Shown: positions 48,879-60,983, counted from the stretch's first letter. The stretch is DNA of 64,000 nt from Candidatus Latescibacterota bacterium (GCA_965248265.1 CBDFJF010000001.1:2880001-2944000), one strand, 5' to 3'. A program made the numbers and translations. Notes: generated from the sequence alone by a model not told the origin.

Positions 48879-49205
48879 TCACTGTCGTCGGCCCAGCCAT
48901 CGTATCTGCTGCTTCACTCTGGTGCAGGGGGCACCCAAGCTTGACTCAAGGTTGCCCGATGTGTGCGGCTGGTATGTGGCCATTGTCACTCCCGCAAGGT
49001 CGGACGGTAGGCGAATCGCAGACGTTCTGTCGAACACCGCGAAGGTCCGTTCTCTTCCGAGCGATCCCATGAACAGGCCAAGCTCAAACAACACATTGTC
49101 CCTTGCGGCGTGCCCCAATTCGCCACGACTCTCGAGCAGGTCATCAGGCGTCAGCACGAGCACTGCGAAGTCATACGCCCCCAAGCTCTGAACAAGGGAC
49201 TCCAG
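48879..49205 (-). pseudogene. TIR-like nucleotide-binding protein (CAP12/Pycsar effector family), 5' truncated by IS3
   Basis: LESLVQSLGAYDFAVLVLTPDD, ARDNVLFELGLFMGSLGRERTF, LPSDLAGVT; the frame is cut at the IS end. Confidence 0.85.
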
Positions 49206-49235
49206 TGAATCGCCCCGGGTTTTTCGGAGACTCGG

Positions 49236-50467
<1,232 letters not shown>

Positions 50468-50591
50468 GACTCCAATCCTCTCAAGAAATGGAGCCTCCGG
50501 CACAACGTATATACGTTTTCCCCTCCGAATCATGACTCAGATCAAAAAAGAATCTATGATCCCCGCATGCCTCCGAAACTCCTCGATCTCC

Positions 50592-50744
50592 GTGAATGAA
50601 GTCGATCTTGCCGACCAGTTGTGGGGCAGTCTCGAGCCGCTCAACGATCCAGCTCTGTTCGCTCAGGCAGACGTCAACGGCGAATCCGGACTCATCGAGT
50701 GGCCCAATGGCCTGGATCTGCCCCTTGACATGGTGCTTCTGTGA
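50592..50744 (+). pseudogene. DUF2442 C-terminal remnant
   Basis: EVDLADQLWGSLEPLNDPALFAQADVNGESGLIEWPNGLDL; N-terminal strands missing. Confidence 0.7.
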
Positions 50745-50814
50745 ATAGTCAGATAAACGGGCGTAATTATCGTTATATTGACACGAACAACAGCATAAAA
50801 GCTAAACTTTTACG

Positions 50815-52491
50815 TCACGCGCTTCCCAACAAGCTTGGTGCGGGCGCCGGTTCGATGACGACATCGATGGCGGACGGCAATCCGGACGTCATTGCGCGCT
50901 CGATAGCCGGGGTCAGTTGGCCGGGGTCCTCGACGCGTTCGCCGTGGGCTCCCAGGGCTGTGGCTACCTGGTCGTAGCGGGTGGGCAATAACTCGCATGC
51001 GACGGTGCGATCGGCGCCGTAGGTATTCGTCTGCAACTGAACCTCTGCGTTCCACCGTGCGTCGTTGCCGATGATGACACTGATCGGCAGCCCGTAACGG
51101 ACAGCGGTGTCGAGTTCGAGTGCCCCGAAACCGAAGGTGCCGTCTCCGACGAAGACGAACACGTGACGATCCGGGTACATCGCCTTGGCTCCAAGGGCCA
51201 GTGGCAGGGCGCTGCCGATCGATCCCGATGGTCCATTGATGATCCGGGTTTCAGCGTCGCATCCCGCCTGCGCCCATTGACCGAACTCCCCGCCGTCGCT
51301 GACAAAGATGGCACCCTTGTCCAGAAACGGCTGTACGGCCTCACATATCCGCAGGGGGTGGATCGGGCGGGCACTGGAGGTCCGCAACTGTTGCCAATCA
51401 TGCGGAGTTGCGCACCGGGCGGTTTCCACCGTGGCTGCCCAATCTCCGGCGGATCGATCGGCGCCTGCGCCGGATCCGGCTTGCGCGTCACCATCTCGTG
51501 GTCCGGTGGCGAAGTTGGCCGCCTCAGTCAGTATCTGCTCTGGGTCACCATGAATGAATGACAGTATATTGTCATTCATGCTGCGCGCCTTCTCGTCGGC
51601 GTCGATCTGTATGAACTTGCAGCTGTGCGCGAAGGGTGCCTTGCCGAATTTGAGCGAGAAGTCCAGTTTCTTGCCGGCCAGAATTACCAGATCGGCTTCG
51701 GCAAGCTTGTTGACGGCAAGATGCAGGTGTGGATCGTTGACCCCGCGTGGACTCGCCATGGGCAGGACGGCAGTTGTCGTGCCCGCGGCGAAATCCAATA
51801 CCGTTTGCCAACTCCTTCCCCGCGCCATGGCCGGACCGGCCAGAATTAGCGGGCGCTCGGCGTCACGAATCCGGCCCAGCAGTTCATCCACGTCGGATTT
51901 CGCGTCAGCTATCTCCATTACGGATCCTGCACTGCCGCTCGAATCGGAGTTATCCACACCGCCTTCCACAGCCTCCTTCAGCACGTCGTCGGGAAGGCTG
52001 AGATGAACCGGCCCGGGACGCCCTTCGGCGGCCATACCCATGGCACGTTTGAGATCACTACCCAGACTCGAAGCCTCCCGAACCATCCAGGCCGCCTTGG
52101 TCACCGGTTGGGCCCCGGCTACCTGGTCCACCTCCTGGAAAGCACCCATCCCCAGCTGCGAAATCGGGGCGTGGCCGCTCAGCAACACCAGGGGGGACTC
52201 GGCCATCAATGCCATGTAAAGGGCAGAAAGGGCATTGAAGTGACCGGGACCGGCAGTGACCGCGGCAACGCCGGGTTTATCCGTCAACCGGCCCCAGGCA
52301 TCGGCCATGTGCACGGCCGTGGCCTCATGACGGGTGTGGATAATTTCGATGTCGCGCCCGATGGTGGCGTCGTAGATCGGCAGAATCTGGTTGCCGGAGA
52401 GCGAGAACAGGTACTTCACGCCGCGCTCAACCAGGGTCTCGACCAGTAGATCGGCCCCGGTCAGCCGCTCGCCCCCCCTCTTCACAACCAT
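50815..52491 (-). CDS. Thiamine pyrophosphate-binding enzyme (acetolactate synthase-like)
   Basis: RHEATAVHMADAW, TAGPG, FQEVD, GRPGPVHLSLP, GDGTFGF...GND. Confidence 0.92.
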   Translation of the reverse strand: MVVKRGGERLTGADLLVETLVERGVKYLFSLSGNQILPIYDATIGRDIEIIHTRHEATAVHMADAWGRLTDKPGVAAVTAGPGHFNALSALYMALMAESPLVLLSGHAPISQLGMGAFQEVDQVAGAQPVTKAAWMVREASSLGSDLKRAMGMAAEGRPGPVHLSLPDDVLKEAVEGGVDNSDSSGSAGSVMEIADAKSDVDELLGRIRDAERPLILAGPAMARGRSWQTVLDFAAGTTTAVLPMASPRGVNDPHLHLAVNKLAEADLVILAGKKLDFSLKFGKAPFAHSCKFIQIDADEKARSMNDNILSFIHGDPEQILTEAANFATGPRDGDAQAGSGAGADRSAGDWAATVETARCATPHDWQQLRTSSARPIHPLRICEAVQPFLDKGAIFVSDGGEFGQWAQAGCDAETRIINGPSGSIGSALPLALGAKAMYPDRHVFVFVGDGTFGFGALELDTAVRYGLPISVIIGNDARWNAEVQLQTNTYGADRTVACELLPTRYDQVATALGAHGERVEDPGQLTPAIERAMTSGLPSAIDVVIEPAPAPSLLGSA

Positions 52492-52572
52492 GCGAACACC
52501 TCCTCGTCGTCACTCGAGCAACCCATTGATGCAGTGATGTGGGTATTTCGACAGCACGTTGTCTATATCCGG

Positions 52573-53525
52573 TCAGAACCCTCGTTTGGGATCAGCCACG
52601 TGCAGAGGGGTTTCGCCGGTCAGATAGCGTTCGAGGTTCATGCAGAAGAACTCGAACATCTTCTGCGGCCGGCTCGCTGCCCAACCGGCGACGTGCGGCG
52701 TCAGGATAAAATTGGGCGCGTCCCACAGAGGACCGGAAGCGGTTCGGTTTCACATACGTCTAGGCCGGCGCCAGCCAGCTGGCCCTCTTTCAAGGCCACG
52801 GCCAGAGCGTCCTCGTCGATGATGCCGCCCCGGGCAACGTTGATGAGGTAGGCCGTCGACTTCATCTGCGCGATCTGCTCGACGCCGACCATGCGGTAGG
52901 TCTCCGGTGTAATCGGCGTCGCCAGCATCACCACGTCACTGCGCTGCAACAGGGAGTGCAGGTTTTCCTTCGTCGCCGGCTTGAGCTCGGACACGCACTC
53001 CGGCTTGTCCGTGCGCACGGAATCGATGGCGAGGACCCTCATGTCGTAGCCCAGCGACCGCTTTGCCATCTCGACGCCGAAGCCACCACAGCCGATTACT
53101 CCCAGCGTGCCCCCCGCCACGTCGCCCTGATCGTGTTCGACCGTCCACTCCTTGCGCCATTGCTGCGGCAGATCGCGATGCAGCTTGCGCACCAGGGCCA
53201 GGTACAGCGCCCAGGCGTGATCGGCCGCCGCCGCCGCGTACTCACCCGCCATGTTGGAGATGACGACGCCCTCTCTGTCAGCCAGACCCTCGTATAGAAT
53301 CTTATCCAGACCGGCCGAGAACGTCTGCATCCATTTGAGATCGGGAGCCGCCTCGCACACCGCTTTCTTAAAATGGCCGAGAATGACCTCGACCCCTGCT
53401 GCAGCCGCGACCCCCTCTTCCTCACTTTGAATTTGGACCAGTTCGTGGCCCCCGTTGCCAGCCGCCACGGCATGCATCTGCTCGATCTGCTCGTCACTGA
53501 AAGGAAAATCTACCAGGATCTTCAT
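52573..53525 (-). pseudogene. D-2-hydroxyacid dehydrogenase, frameshifted near the C-terminus
   Basis: TLGVIGCGGFG, LINVARG, GAGLDVCETEPLP, then a frame change to PLWDAPNFILTPHVAG...GF* near 52733. Confidence 0.85.
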
Positions 53526-53622
53526 TTTACTTCGGCAACTCCTTGGTTAGGTCCGGTCCTGGTCTCAGCCGCCATGTGTTCCCGGCGCCGGGTGATCGAC
53601 CTGGTGTCCGGCGGCAGCGAAA

Positions 53623-54135
53623 TCAGCCGGTTTGATCGCGTTTTGCGATCGGCGCGAAACGAGCTCCCGAAAGCTCGATCAAATCGGCCGCCGCCAGCTC
53701 CAGACCGGCAACGGGATCACCGCTGCTGATGTTGTAGCGCGGGCAGGGCTTCAGGGCTTCGTCGAAGAGGACCGGCACCTCCGGAGGCAAACCGATCGGT
53801 GCCACCGCACCCATGACGCAGCCTCCGGTTACCTGCTCGATCTCGTCGGCTGAGGCGAACTGCAGCCGCAGGAAGCGCTCGTCACCGACATGCTCGCGCA
53901 CGGCCTTGGGATCAACCCGTTCATCTCCCCGCACGCAGGCCATCACGAACTGCCGCTTCTTGTCGCGCAGCAGAATCGACTTGACCATCTCTTCGATGAG
54001 GACGTCCCGTTGCCGAACCGCCTCTTCCACGGTGAATACGGGGGATTGGTGCGGCAGCAGCTTGTAGGGGATTCCACGGGCTTCGAGTGTTTCGATCACC
54101 CGCGTACGCGGGGTCGCTGCCTCTACTGCAGCCAA
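53623..54135 (-). CDS. YbaK/EbsC/ProX aminoacyl-tRNA deacylase family
   Basis: [26 protein letters not shown]. Confidence 0.88.
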   Translation of the reverse strand: MAAVEAATPRTRVIETLEARGIPYKLLPHQSPVFTVEEAVRQRDVLIEEMVKSILLRDKKRQFVMACVRGDERVDPKAVREHVGDERFLRLQFASADEIEQVTGGCVMGAVAPIGLPPEVPVLFDEALKPCPRYNISSGDPVAGLELAAADLIELSGARFAPIAKRDQTG

Positions 54136-55178
54136 GACAGGTCGAACAACGCCAGGGTGATGCGCTCGTAGGGACCACCGTCACCGCCCTCGTAGAGACA
54201 GGCGATGCGCCCGTCCGGAAGTGTGGCCAGATCGCTGTAGGCGCTGGGACCCGGATCGAGCACACCACTCAAGGGCCAGCTCTGGCCTTCATCGAAGCTG
54301 CCCCGCACGGTCATGTTCTCGCGCGCCGTTTCGCTGGCCGGATTCGAAAACAGGACCACGCCGGGCCCGTCCGGGCCGGGCCATGAGTGGCGCCGGATGC
54401 TGGCCTGGCAGATCGACTCGATCAGGGTGCGGTCGAAACGCTGTTCGCGCCAGGTAACCCCACCGTCATCGCTGAGAGCGACCTGGCGGTTGTGCTTGCT
54501 GCGGTCGTAGTTGCGCATGTTGAGCATGAGCCGGTCGCCGGTCAGCTCGACGACCTCGCATTCGTTGGTTTGATGTTCAGGCGAAGAACCTCCCAGTTCC
54601 CAACTCTCGCCACCGTTATCACTATAGATGACGTGAGCGTAGTAGCGCTCAGGGCCGGATTCAATGTGGTCACAGGCCACCACCAGACGACCGGCATGGT
54701 GCCCGTGTTCGATCTGGATTCCGGCACCCGGGCCCGTTGCGTACCAGGTCCAGTCCGGCTTTTTGGTGTCATCGGTGATCTCAACAGGGTCGGACCAACT
54801 CAGCCCGTCATCGTCGGAGCGCGAGATGAAGACGCGGCGCGTATCCTTGCTGGTCTGCGCGATGATCTTGCTCTGTTCGTCTTCGCCGTGATTCCAGGTC
54901 AATAACAACGAGATGACCCCTGACTCCTCATCGACGACAGGAGCGGGATTGCCGCAGGTATTGACCCCGTCATTCCAGATCGCCTGCTGGTCGCTCCACG
55001 TCGCCCCGTCATCGGTCGAACGCTTCACCAGTATGTCGATGTCACCGGTATCGGAGAAGCTGTCGACGCGGCCCTCGCAGAAGGCCAACAGCGTCCCCTC
55101 GGCCGTCACCGCCATCGCCGGAATGCGATAGGTGTCATACCCGTTCGTGCCGCTGACCCACAGATCTTGTTGTTCCAT
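54123..55178 (-). CDS. Exo-alpha-sialidase (GH33)
   Basis: YRIPA, EGR, Asp-boxes [40 protein letters not shown]; NECE; SAYSDL; LYE. Confidence 0.9.
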   Translation of the reverse strand: MEQQDLWVSGTNGYDTYRIPAMAVTAEGTLLAFCEGRVDSFSDTGDIDILVKRSTDDGATWSDQQAIWNDGVNTCGNPAPVVDEESGVISLLLTWNHGEDEQSKIIAQTSKDTRRVFISRSDDDGLSWSDPVEITDDTKKPDWTWYATGPGAGIQIEHGHHAGRLVVACDHIESGPERYYAHVIYSDNGGESWELGGSSPEHQTNECEVVELTGDRLMLNMRNYDRSKHNRQVALSDDGGVTWREQRFDRTLIESICQASIRRHSWPGPDGPGVVLFSNPASETARENMTVRGSFDEGQSWPLSGVLDPGPSAYSDLATLPDGRIACLYEGGDGGPYERITLALFDLSWLQ

Positions 55179-55196
55179 GTTGCCCTCGTACTGTCC

Positions 55197-57524
55197 CTAT
55201 CCTACGGTGCCGACGATGACATCCTTGCGCCGCTCTTCCGGCGTCACCTGCAGCTGCTCAACCTTGTCACCGCGCACGCGTCCCTCGACAGTGGTCTTGT
55301 ACGGGGCGTGCAGCTTGAAGTCGACGTCCCAGGAAGCCGGCCAGGCCGGCAACAGCCGAATGACCGCGCCATCGGTCTGCATCAGCATTTCCTGCAGTCC
55401 GATCATACCGGAGCCGCCCCAGTTGTGGTCGGGGACCCAGTCGTGACCCGGACCCCAAAACGTCGGGAATCGGCGTTCGGAATCCCCCAGCTTCTTCACC
55501 GTCAACTTTGCCGCTTCGTCGGTCAGTCCCAGACGGGCGCAGAAAATGGCGTCCTGGTGCCAACTGATGTGATTGCGCTGGCTGGGGCGATCGACGCCGT
55601 AGCGCCAGGTATCGACGGCCGCCTGCAGATCCGGTTTGCCCAACCCGAACTGACCCCACGGAAACACTGGATAAAGCTGCGGCAACTCGACGTTGTTGAT
55701 GCGCTCCCAGTCCGCGGCTGGCGAGATTGTCCGCCGGCCCTCGCGCTCGCGATAGTTTACCGGTGGGATCCGGCCCAGCATGGTCTGCCAGCGCTGCCGC
55801 TGCTCGGCCGACAGGTACTGCGACGGTAATTCCAACAGCCGTCTCAGAACGGTTTTCAACCCGACCACGACATTGGTCGGATTGGTGGCTGACTTGTAGG
55901 TCTCACACGCCGTGCTCGGAAACAGCACCAGGTTGCCGCTGTCGTTGAACGGCTCCTCGGTGCGGCGACGATGGCGCAATTGATAGTGCTCATCGAAGAA
56001 CGTCAGGCAGCTCTCGATCAAGGGTATATAACCGGCGACGTCTTCCCCGGTGAAACGCTCGACATCCAGCATCATGAGACAGAATTCCAGCACCGTGTCG
56101 TACTGGTACTCGACATACATGTTGTCCTGCACACCCTTTTCGGCGCCCCCGCGCGGCCCCAGCTTGCCGTCCTGCCAGCCGTAGGCATGGCCCATGGGCA
56201 GGCCGTAGTTGCTGATCTGTTCGGTGAAGCAGGAGCCGGCGTGACCCCAATAAACCTGCGAGCGCAGTTCGGCATTGCCCAGCGCCATCAGGTAGAAATC
56301 GAATTGCGGCGTCATCATGTCGAAGTCGCCGCTCTTCAACATCGGCCAGTAAACGAGGCGCTGATTCTGTGCGGTGAAGACGCCCCCACCCCATTGACGA
56401 AAGTCCGGCGTCGCCGCGTCGTAGGTGTGCTTGTCGTCGTCAAGCTCGATCAGAACGGGATCGTAGGTAAAAAGCGAGCCATTAAACTTAGTAGGCGCCT
56501 CACTGTAAGCATTGCACCCCAGGCAGTAACGGAACAACTGATAGTTGCGCCCGACCTGCCAGGCCTCGTCGGCGGCATCGGCGCGCTCGCCATTGATGGC
56601 AATGCGGCTGCGTTGCCAGAACTGCTGCCACCACACGTCCGTGTCCTCGCGGGCATCGTCGCGGGTCAGCTCTTCACCGGACAGTTCTTCCAATTCCTCC
56701 CGCCACTCCGACTCATCCGCCGCCTGGGCCGTGTGCAGGAAGATGTCGACGTGGTGGTCCGTCGACGGGGCGCTGCTGCGCAGGGAAAAACCGGTGTAAT
56801 CGGTCGACAGGTAGCGGCCCGATGTGGTGCCGGCCTGCTCCAATCCGGGACCGGTCATAACCCCGCCGAAGGTCAAATCCTCCAGCGGATTCCACATCTT
56901 GTCCGCGACCACGTCGAGGTGCTGTTGCGTTACTTCCTTGTCGAATACCAGATCGGAATTGTCGTTGCGGTGAAACCATAGGACGCGATCAGAGATGTGC
57001 TCTATATGATCTGCCCGGGTCAACAGGGGGATATTATCCGGCTCAGTATCCAGAAAACCGGTGCAGGCCATGCGCTCGTCCTTGGGCAACGGGCGATCCT
57101 GCGTGCGCCATGACTCGTAGGTTGCCGTGAAGGAAACCGGGGCCGCTCCTGCACGTACATCTATATGAATGACCGGCCTGTCGACTTCACACCACAGCTG
57201 CAGGATCGCCGACGTCGAGGGTGAGCGCCCTTCGATCTCCACCCGCCCTTTGCGCAGCACCAGCTCCTGCCGGAAGGAGAGTGCCCCAGCGCCGAACGGA
57301 TTCGGATCCAGCGTCATCCGGACCCGCCCTAACTTCAGCATCTGGTTGTTTTCATCAAATGTCCCACTGCGGGAGAGGTAGAGGAGGATGTCACCCCCTT
57401 CGACCCAGACGTTGCAGCCGATATCCCCTCCGCCCATCGGCATTGATGCTGATACGTCCTTGCTCTGTGTGTCCCAGACAACATTGTACCGATCCAACCA
57501 ATCCAGGTCGTGTTCTGCGGGCAT
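55197..57524 (-). CDS. DUF5703 / GH95-like glycoside hydrolase
   Basis: YNVVWDTQS, SMPMGGGDIGCNVW, KLGRVR, ELPQLYPVFPW, LQEMLMQ, RLLPAWPASWDVDFKLHAP. Confidence 0.8.
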   Translation of the reverse strand: MPAEHDLDWLDRYNVVWDTQSKDVSASMPMGGGDIGCNVWVEGGDILLYLSRSGTFDENNQMLKLGRVRMTLDPNPFGAGALSFRQELVLRKGRVEIEGRSPSTSAILQLWCEVDRPVIHIDVRAGAAPVSFTATYESWRTQDRPLPKDERMACTGFLDTEPDNIPLLTRADHIEHISDRVLWFHRNDNSDLVFDKEVTQQHLDVVADKMWNPLEDLTFGGVMTGPGLEQAGTTSGRYLSTDYTGFSLRSSAPSTDHHVDIFLHTAQAADESEWREELEELSGEELTRDDAREDTDVWWQQFWQRSRIAINGERADAADEAWQVGRNYQLFRYCLGCNAYSEAPTKFNGSLFTYDPVLIELDDDKHTYDAATPDFRQWGGGVFTAQNQRLVYWPMLKSGDFDMMTPQFDFYLMALGNAELRSQVYWGHAGSCFTEQISNYGLPMGHAYGWQDGKLGPRGGAEKGVQDNMYVEYQYDTVLEFCLMMLDVERFTGEDVAGYIPLIESCLTFFDEHYQLRHRRRTEEPFNDSGNLVLFPSTACETYKSATNPTNVVVGLKTVLRRLLELPSQYLSAEQRQRWQTMLGRIPPVNYREREGRRTISPAADWERINNVELPQLYPVFPWGQFGLGKPDLQAAVDTWRYGVDRPSQRNHISWHQDAIFCARLGLTDEAAKLTVKKLGDSERRFPTFWGPGHDWVPDHNWGGSGMIGLQEMLMQTDGAVIRLLPAWPASWDVDFKLHAPYKTTVEGRVRGDKVEQLQVTPEERRKDVIVGTVG

Positions 57525-57646
57525 ATGCTCTTTCTGCGATCCTACGGTTGCCACGCGGGAAGTGCGGCGACATCTTCACCGGCTATCCGCGCAAGCGGTA
57601 CAACATAAGCCACCTGCCGAAAAGGGGTAAACGGAGAAGTAATTAT

Positions 57647-59404
57647 ATGGGGTTACTGGACTGGAGTATCGTCGTCATCTTGAACGGAGGGACCATCCTC
57701 TACGGCCTCTATTTGAGTCGGGGAGTGCGTTCGAGCGCCGACTGGTTTCTGGCCGGCAGACGGCTGCCCTGGTGGCTTGTGGGTCTGTCCATGTACGCGA
57801 CCGCCATCGACTCCAGCGACCTGGTCGCCGACTCGGGCGGCGTCTATACCATGGGCCTGAGCGTCATGACCGCCAACTGGGTCGGCGTCATTGGCGGGTG
57901 GGTGCTGGCCGGCTTCTTCGTCTTCCTGCCGATGTACCGCATCGGCGTCTATACCAACGCGGAGTACCTCGAGGCCCGTTTCGGCGCCACCGTCCGGGTA
58001 TTGTGCGCCTTTGTCCAGGTACAGTACCGGACCCTGGTACTGGCCATCATCGGTACCTCGGTGTTTTTGACGCTGTTCGTCGTCTGTGGTTGGGACACCT
58101 TCACTTCCTGGTCCGTCGTCGTCGGCATCGCCATCCTGGCCACGATTTATACCGCCTTCGGCGGATTGCGCTCCGTTGCCGTCACCGACGCGCTGCAGTT
58201 CGGCATCATGAGTGCTGCCGGTCTCATCATCTGGTTCTCGGTATGGGGCACCGTCGACGGTTGGGAGGGCACGCGGCAGCGACTGGAGGCCGTGGATCCC
58301 AAGCTGACCGAGCTCCTCCACATCGGGGCCGATCAGGTTGAGTTCGAGGATGTCAGTGCCATCGACCAGACTCAAATCGAGCGCAAGTTACTGCTGGGCG
58401 GTACTTACGATCAAGCCCGCAACGCCATCGTCCGCGTCACTCCCGGGTGGCTTGTGGCGCTGGCCTTCGTCATCATCGGCATTGCCTATTCGGTCGTCAA
58501 TCACACCCAGGCCATGCGCATGTTCGCCTCACGCAACGAATGGCATCTGAAGATGGCCATCTTCGCCGCATCCGTGCCGTTGCTGGCGATGACGTTCTTC
58601 AACCTTTCCATCGGCGTCATGGGCCGCGCCCTCATGCCCGAGCAGGCCGAGTTGCCCTTCGGCCGCCAGGACTCGATCTATCCACTGCTGGCCAGTCACG
58701 TCACCGCTGCCGGGCTCAAGGGCATCGTCGTGGCAGGTATGCTCGCCGCCGCCCTGTCGACCTACGATTCGATCGGGTCATCTCTGTCAGCATTGATGAC
58801 CCGCGATGTTTATGCCCGGCTGCTGGTGCGCGATCGCGACGACCATCACTACCTGCGCGTCGGCCAGTGGCTGACCCCCGTCATCATCATGGGCTCGTTC
58901 GCCTACGTCCCGTTCATGGACGGGGGCATGCTCAAATTCTACATCGACATCACCAGCACCTTCGTGATCCCGCTGCTGACCCTCTTCCTGATGGGGGTGC
59001 TGACTCGGGTCCATCCCCGCAGCGGACTGATCGGCCTCTTGGCTGGTGTCCTTTATGGAATCATCCGGATGCTGTCACCGATGATCGCCGACAGTTACGG
59101 CGTCGCCGTGCTGCCATCCATTCTGGCCAATTCCTGGGCCGCCTACCCCTTCAGCATGATCGTCAGCGCCGCTACCATGGTCATCGTCTCGCTGTTCACG
59201 AGATTTACCAGCCGTGCCACTCAGCTGGGCGAAGCCCACAAGGAGGACAGCCCCTGGTTGCGCGAAAGTCTGGAGACGGTGCAGGATCTCGACCATGTCC
59301 ACGAAAGCGAGGAGGATCACGGCTTGCCCATGAATCTGCCGATCGTACTGGCCGCCATCTCCATCATCGCCGGCTGTGTTTTTACTTTTGTCGTGCTCTG
59401 GTGA
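57647..59404 (+). CDS. Sodium:solute symporter (SSS) family transporter
   Basis: WFLAGRRLPWW, EYLEARFG, YTAFGGLRSVAVTDALQ, GMLAAALST; ATG at 57647. Confidence 0.9.
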   Translation: MGLLDWSIVVILNGGTILYGLYLSRGVRSSADWFLAGRRLPWWLVGLSMYATAIDSSDLVADSGGVYTMGLSVMTANWVGVIGGWVLAGFFVFLPMYRIGVYTNAEYLEARFGATVRVLCAFVQVQYRTLVLAIIGTSVFLTLFVVCGWDTFTSWSVVVGIAILATIYTAFGGLRSVAVTDALQFGIMSAAGLIIWFSVWGTVDGWEGTRQRLEAVDPKLTELLHIGADQVEFEDVSAIDQTQIERKLLLGGTYDQARNAIVRVTPGWLVALAFVIIGIAYSVVNHTQAMRMFASRNEWHLKMAIFAASVPLLAMTFFNLSIGVMGRALMPEQAELPFGRQDSIYPLLASHVTAAGLKGIVVAGMLAAALSTYDSIGSSLSALMTRDVYARLLVRDRDDHHYLRVGQWLTPVIIMGSFAYVPFMDGGMLKFYIDITSTFVIPLLTLFLMGVLTRVHPRSGLIGLLAGVLYGIIRMLSPMIADSYGVAVLPSILANSWAAYPFSMIVSAATMVIVSLFTRFTSRATQLGEAHKEDSPWLRESLETVQDLDHVHESEEDHGLPMNLPIVLAAISIIAGCVFTFVVLW

Positions 59405-59407
59405 GAG

Positions 59408-59785
59408 TCATTGACTGCGTACGACGGCTACGGCAAGTAAGACCCACGCTGCAACGAAGGCAGTCCCGCCAAGCGGCGTGATGGCGCCCAGCCAACGTTG
59501 TCCGGTCAGGCTCATCACGTAGAGGCTGCCCGAGAACAGGACCGTGCCGGCAATCATGGCCAGCCCGGCCCATTTCACGGGGCCGGAGGCACCGCATGGC
59601 AGATGAGCCGCGGCCAAGGCCACGGCGAAAAGGCCGAGGGCGTGATAGTAGTGGTACTGCACCGCCGTCTGGTAGACATCCAGCATGGCGGGTTCCACAC
59701 GCGCTTTGAGGGCGTGTGCCCCGAAAGCGCCGAAAGTTACCGCTAGAGCCGCGCTGATGCTGCCTGCCAGCATGAACATTTTCAT
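59408..59785 (-). CDS. DUF423 (YgdD-like) membrane protein
   Basis: GAFGAHAL, TAVQYHYYHAL, FSGSLY, GAITPLGG. Confidence 0.92.
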   Translation of the reverse strand: MKMFMLAGSISAALAVTFGAFGAHALKARVEPAMLDVYQTAVQYHYYHALGLFAVALAAAHLPCGASGPVKWAGLAMIAGTVLFSGSLYVMSLTGQRWLGAITPLGGTAFVAAWVLLAVAVVRSQ

Positions 59786-59831
59786 TCTCTACTCCTTGAA
59801 ACCCGGGAACTCCGGATGTAGGTTGACCCGT

Positions 59832-60914
59832 ATGGATAAAACATATCGCGTTGCCATCATCGGTCTCGGTCGCATGGGTTCGACCATCGACGACGAGCGC
59901 CATTCCGACCTCCCCTACTCGATCGCTGCCTCCACACTGGCCTGTGACCGCCTGGAACTGGTTGCCGGCTGCGACATTGATCAGGCCAAACGTGAAGCCT
60001 TCAGCGAGCGTTGGAAGGTTCAACCCGTGTACGAAGACTTCCGTGCCATGATCGAAAAAGAACAGCCGGATCTGGTGGCTGTGTGCACGGCGGCCTGTGC
60101 ACCCAAGCCGGCTGGCAAAGCACCGGACAGCAGTTTCCGGGGTGACTCTCACGCCGAGTTGGGGGTGGCGCTGGCCGAACTCAACGTGCCGATGGTGTAC
60201 ATGGAAAAGGCGATGGCCAGCTCCATGGCGGCTGCCGATGCAGTCAAAGCCGCGGTTGAACGCAGCGGCACCGTGTTCAACACGGGTGTGCTGCGCCGCT
60301 TCGATTGTCGCTACGAGCCGCTACGCGAGGCCGTGCTGGATGGGCGCATTGGCACGCCGAGGGCTGCCGTTGTCTATGCCTCTACCAACCTCCTGCACGG
60401 CCATATCCATTCCATCGACACCCTCTCGTGGCTGCTGGGTGATCCGGCCATCACCGCCGTGCGGGGTGAGTTGTTGCCGCGGAGCCTAGAAATAATAGAC
60501 GGCTTCCTGCCGGCTGATCCCCAAGCTATCTACCAGCTGCAGTTCGCCAATGGGGTTGAGGCGTCATCGGTACCGGGTGGGGAATGGGAGTTTGAGGTGA
60601 TCGGCGAGGACGGCGCCTTGCGCAACTTCAACAATGGTGCCTACAACAACCTGCGCCTGCGCCGGGCGGGTGCTGCCCGCAGGGATGCCTGGGACGAATC
60701 CCGTCTTCCGGCGCTGCCACCGAAGAGCACGGCAGTGAGTTGCCTCGAGGATCTGATAGCGGCCTACGAGTCTGGCCAACCCACGCGGGGTCACGTCGGA
60801 GTCACCCACCATGTTACGGAAGCGTGCTTCGCTGTTGCCGAGAGTCACCGGCGCGGTGGCACCTGGGTCGATTTGCCGCTGCAGGATCGCGACACATACA
60901 TATTTCACGTCTAG
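59832..60914 (+). CDS. Gfo/Idh/MocA family oxidoreductase
   Basis: RVAIIGLGRMG, MEKAMA, ESHRRGG; ATG at 59832. Confidence 0.87.
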   Translation: MDKTYRVAIIGLGRMGSTIDDERHSDLPYSIAASTLACDRLELVAGCDIDQAKREAFSERWKVQPVYEDFRAMIEKEQPDLVAVCTAACAPKPAGKAPDSSFRGDSHAELGVALAELNVPMVYMEKAMASSMAAADAVKAAVERSGTVFNTGVLRRFDCRYEPLREAVLDGRIGTPRAAVVYASTNLLHGHIHSIDTLSWLLGDPAITAVRGELLPRSLEIIDGFLPADPQAIYQLQFANGVEASSVPGGEWEFEVIGEDGALRNFNNGAYNNLRLRRAGAARRDAWDESRLPALPPKSTAVSCLEDLIAAYESGQPTRGHVGVTHHVTEACFAVAESHRRGGTWVDLPLQDRDTYIFHV

Positions 60915-60983
60915 CGGATCCTGCCCTGGCTGTGCGCCGGCACCAGCGGTTCCACCGGCGACCACCTGGGTAGGCGCCGTCAC

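Noticed and set aside
50752-50770. AT-rich 19-mer resembling 62191-62209 (minus strand) upstream of the Fic gene, 15/19 identical
   Set aside because: Only two imperfect copies; chance cannot be excluded without a genome-wide search.
52700-52745. Programmed ribosomal frameshift
   Set aside because: No slippery motif, and consensus residues are missing, so a deletion fits better.
53565-53620. GC-rich hairpin as a riboswitch or ncRNA
   Set aside because: No recognisable conserved motif; such stems are common at this GC content.
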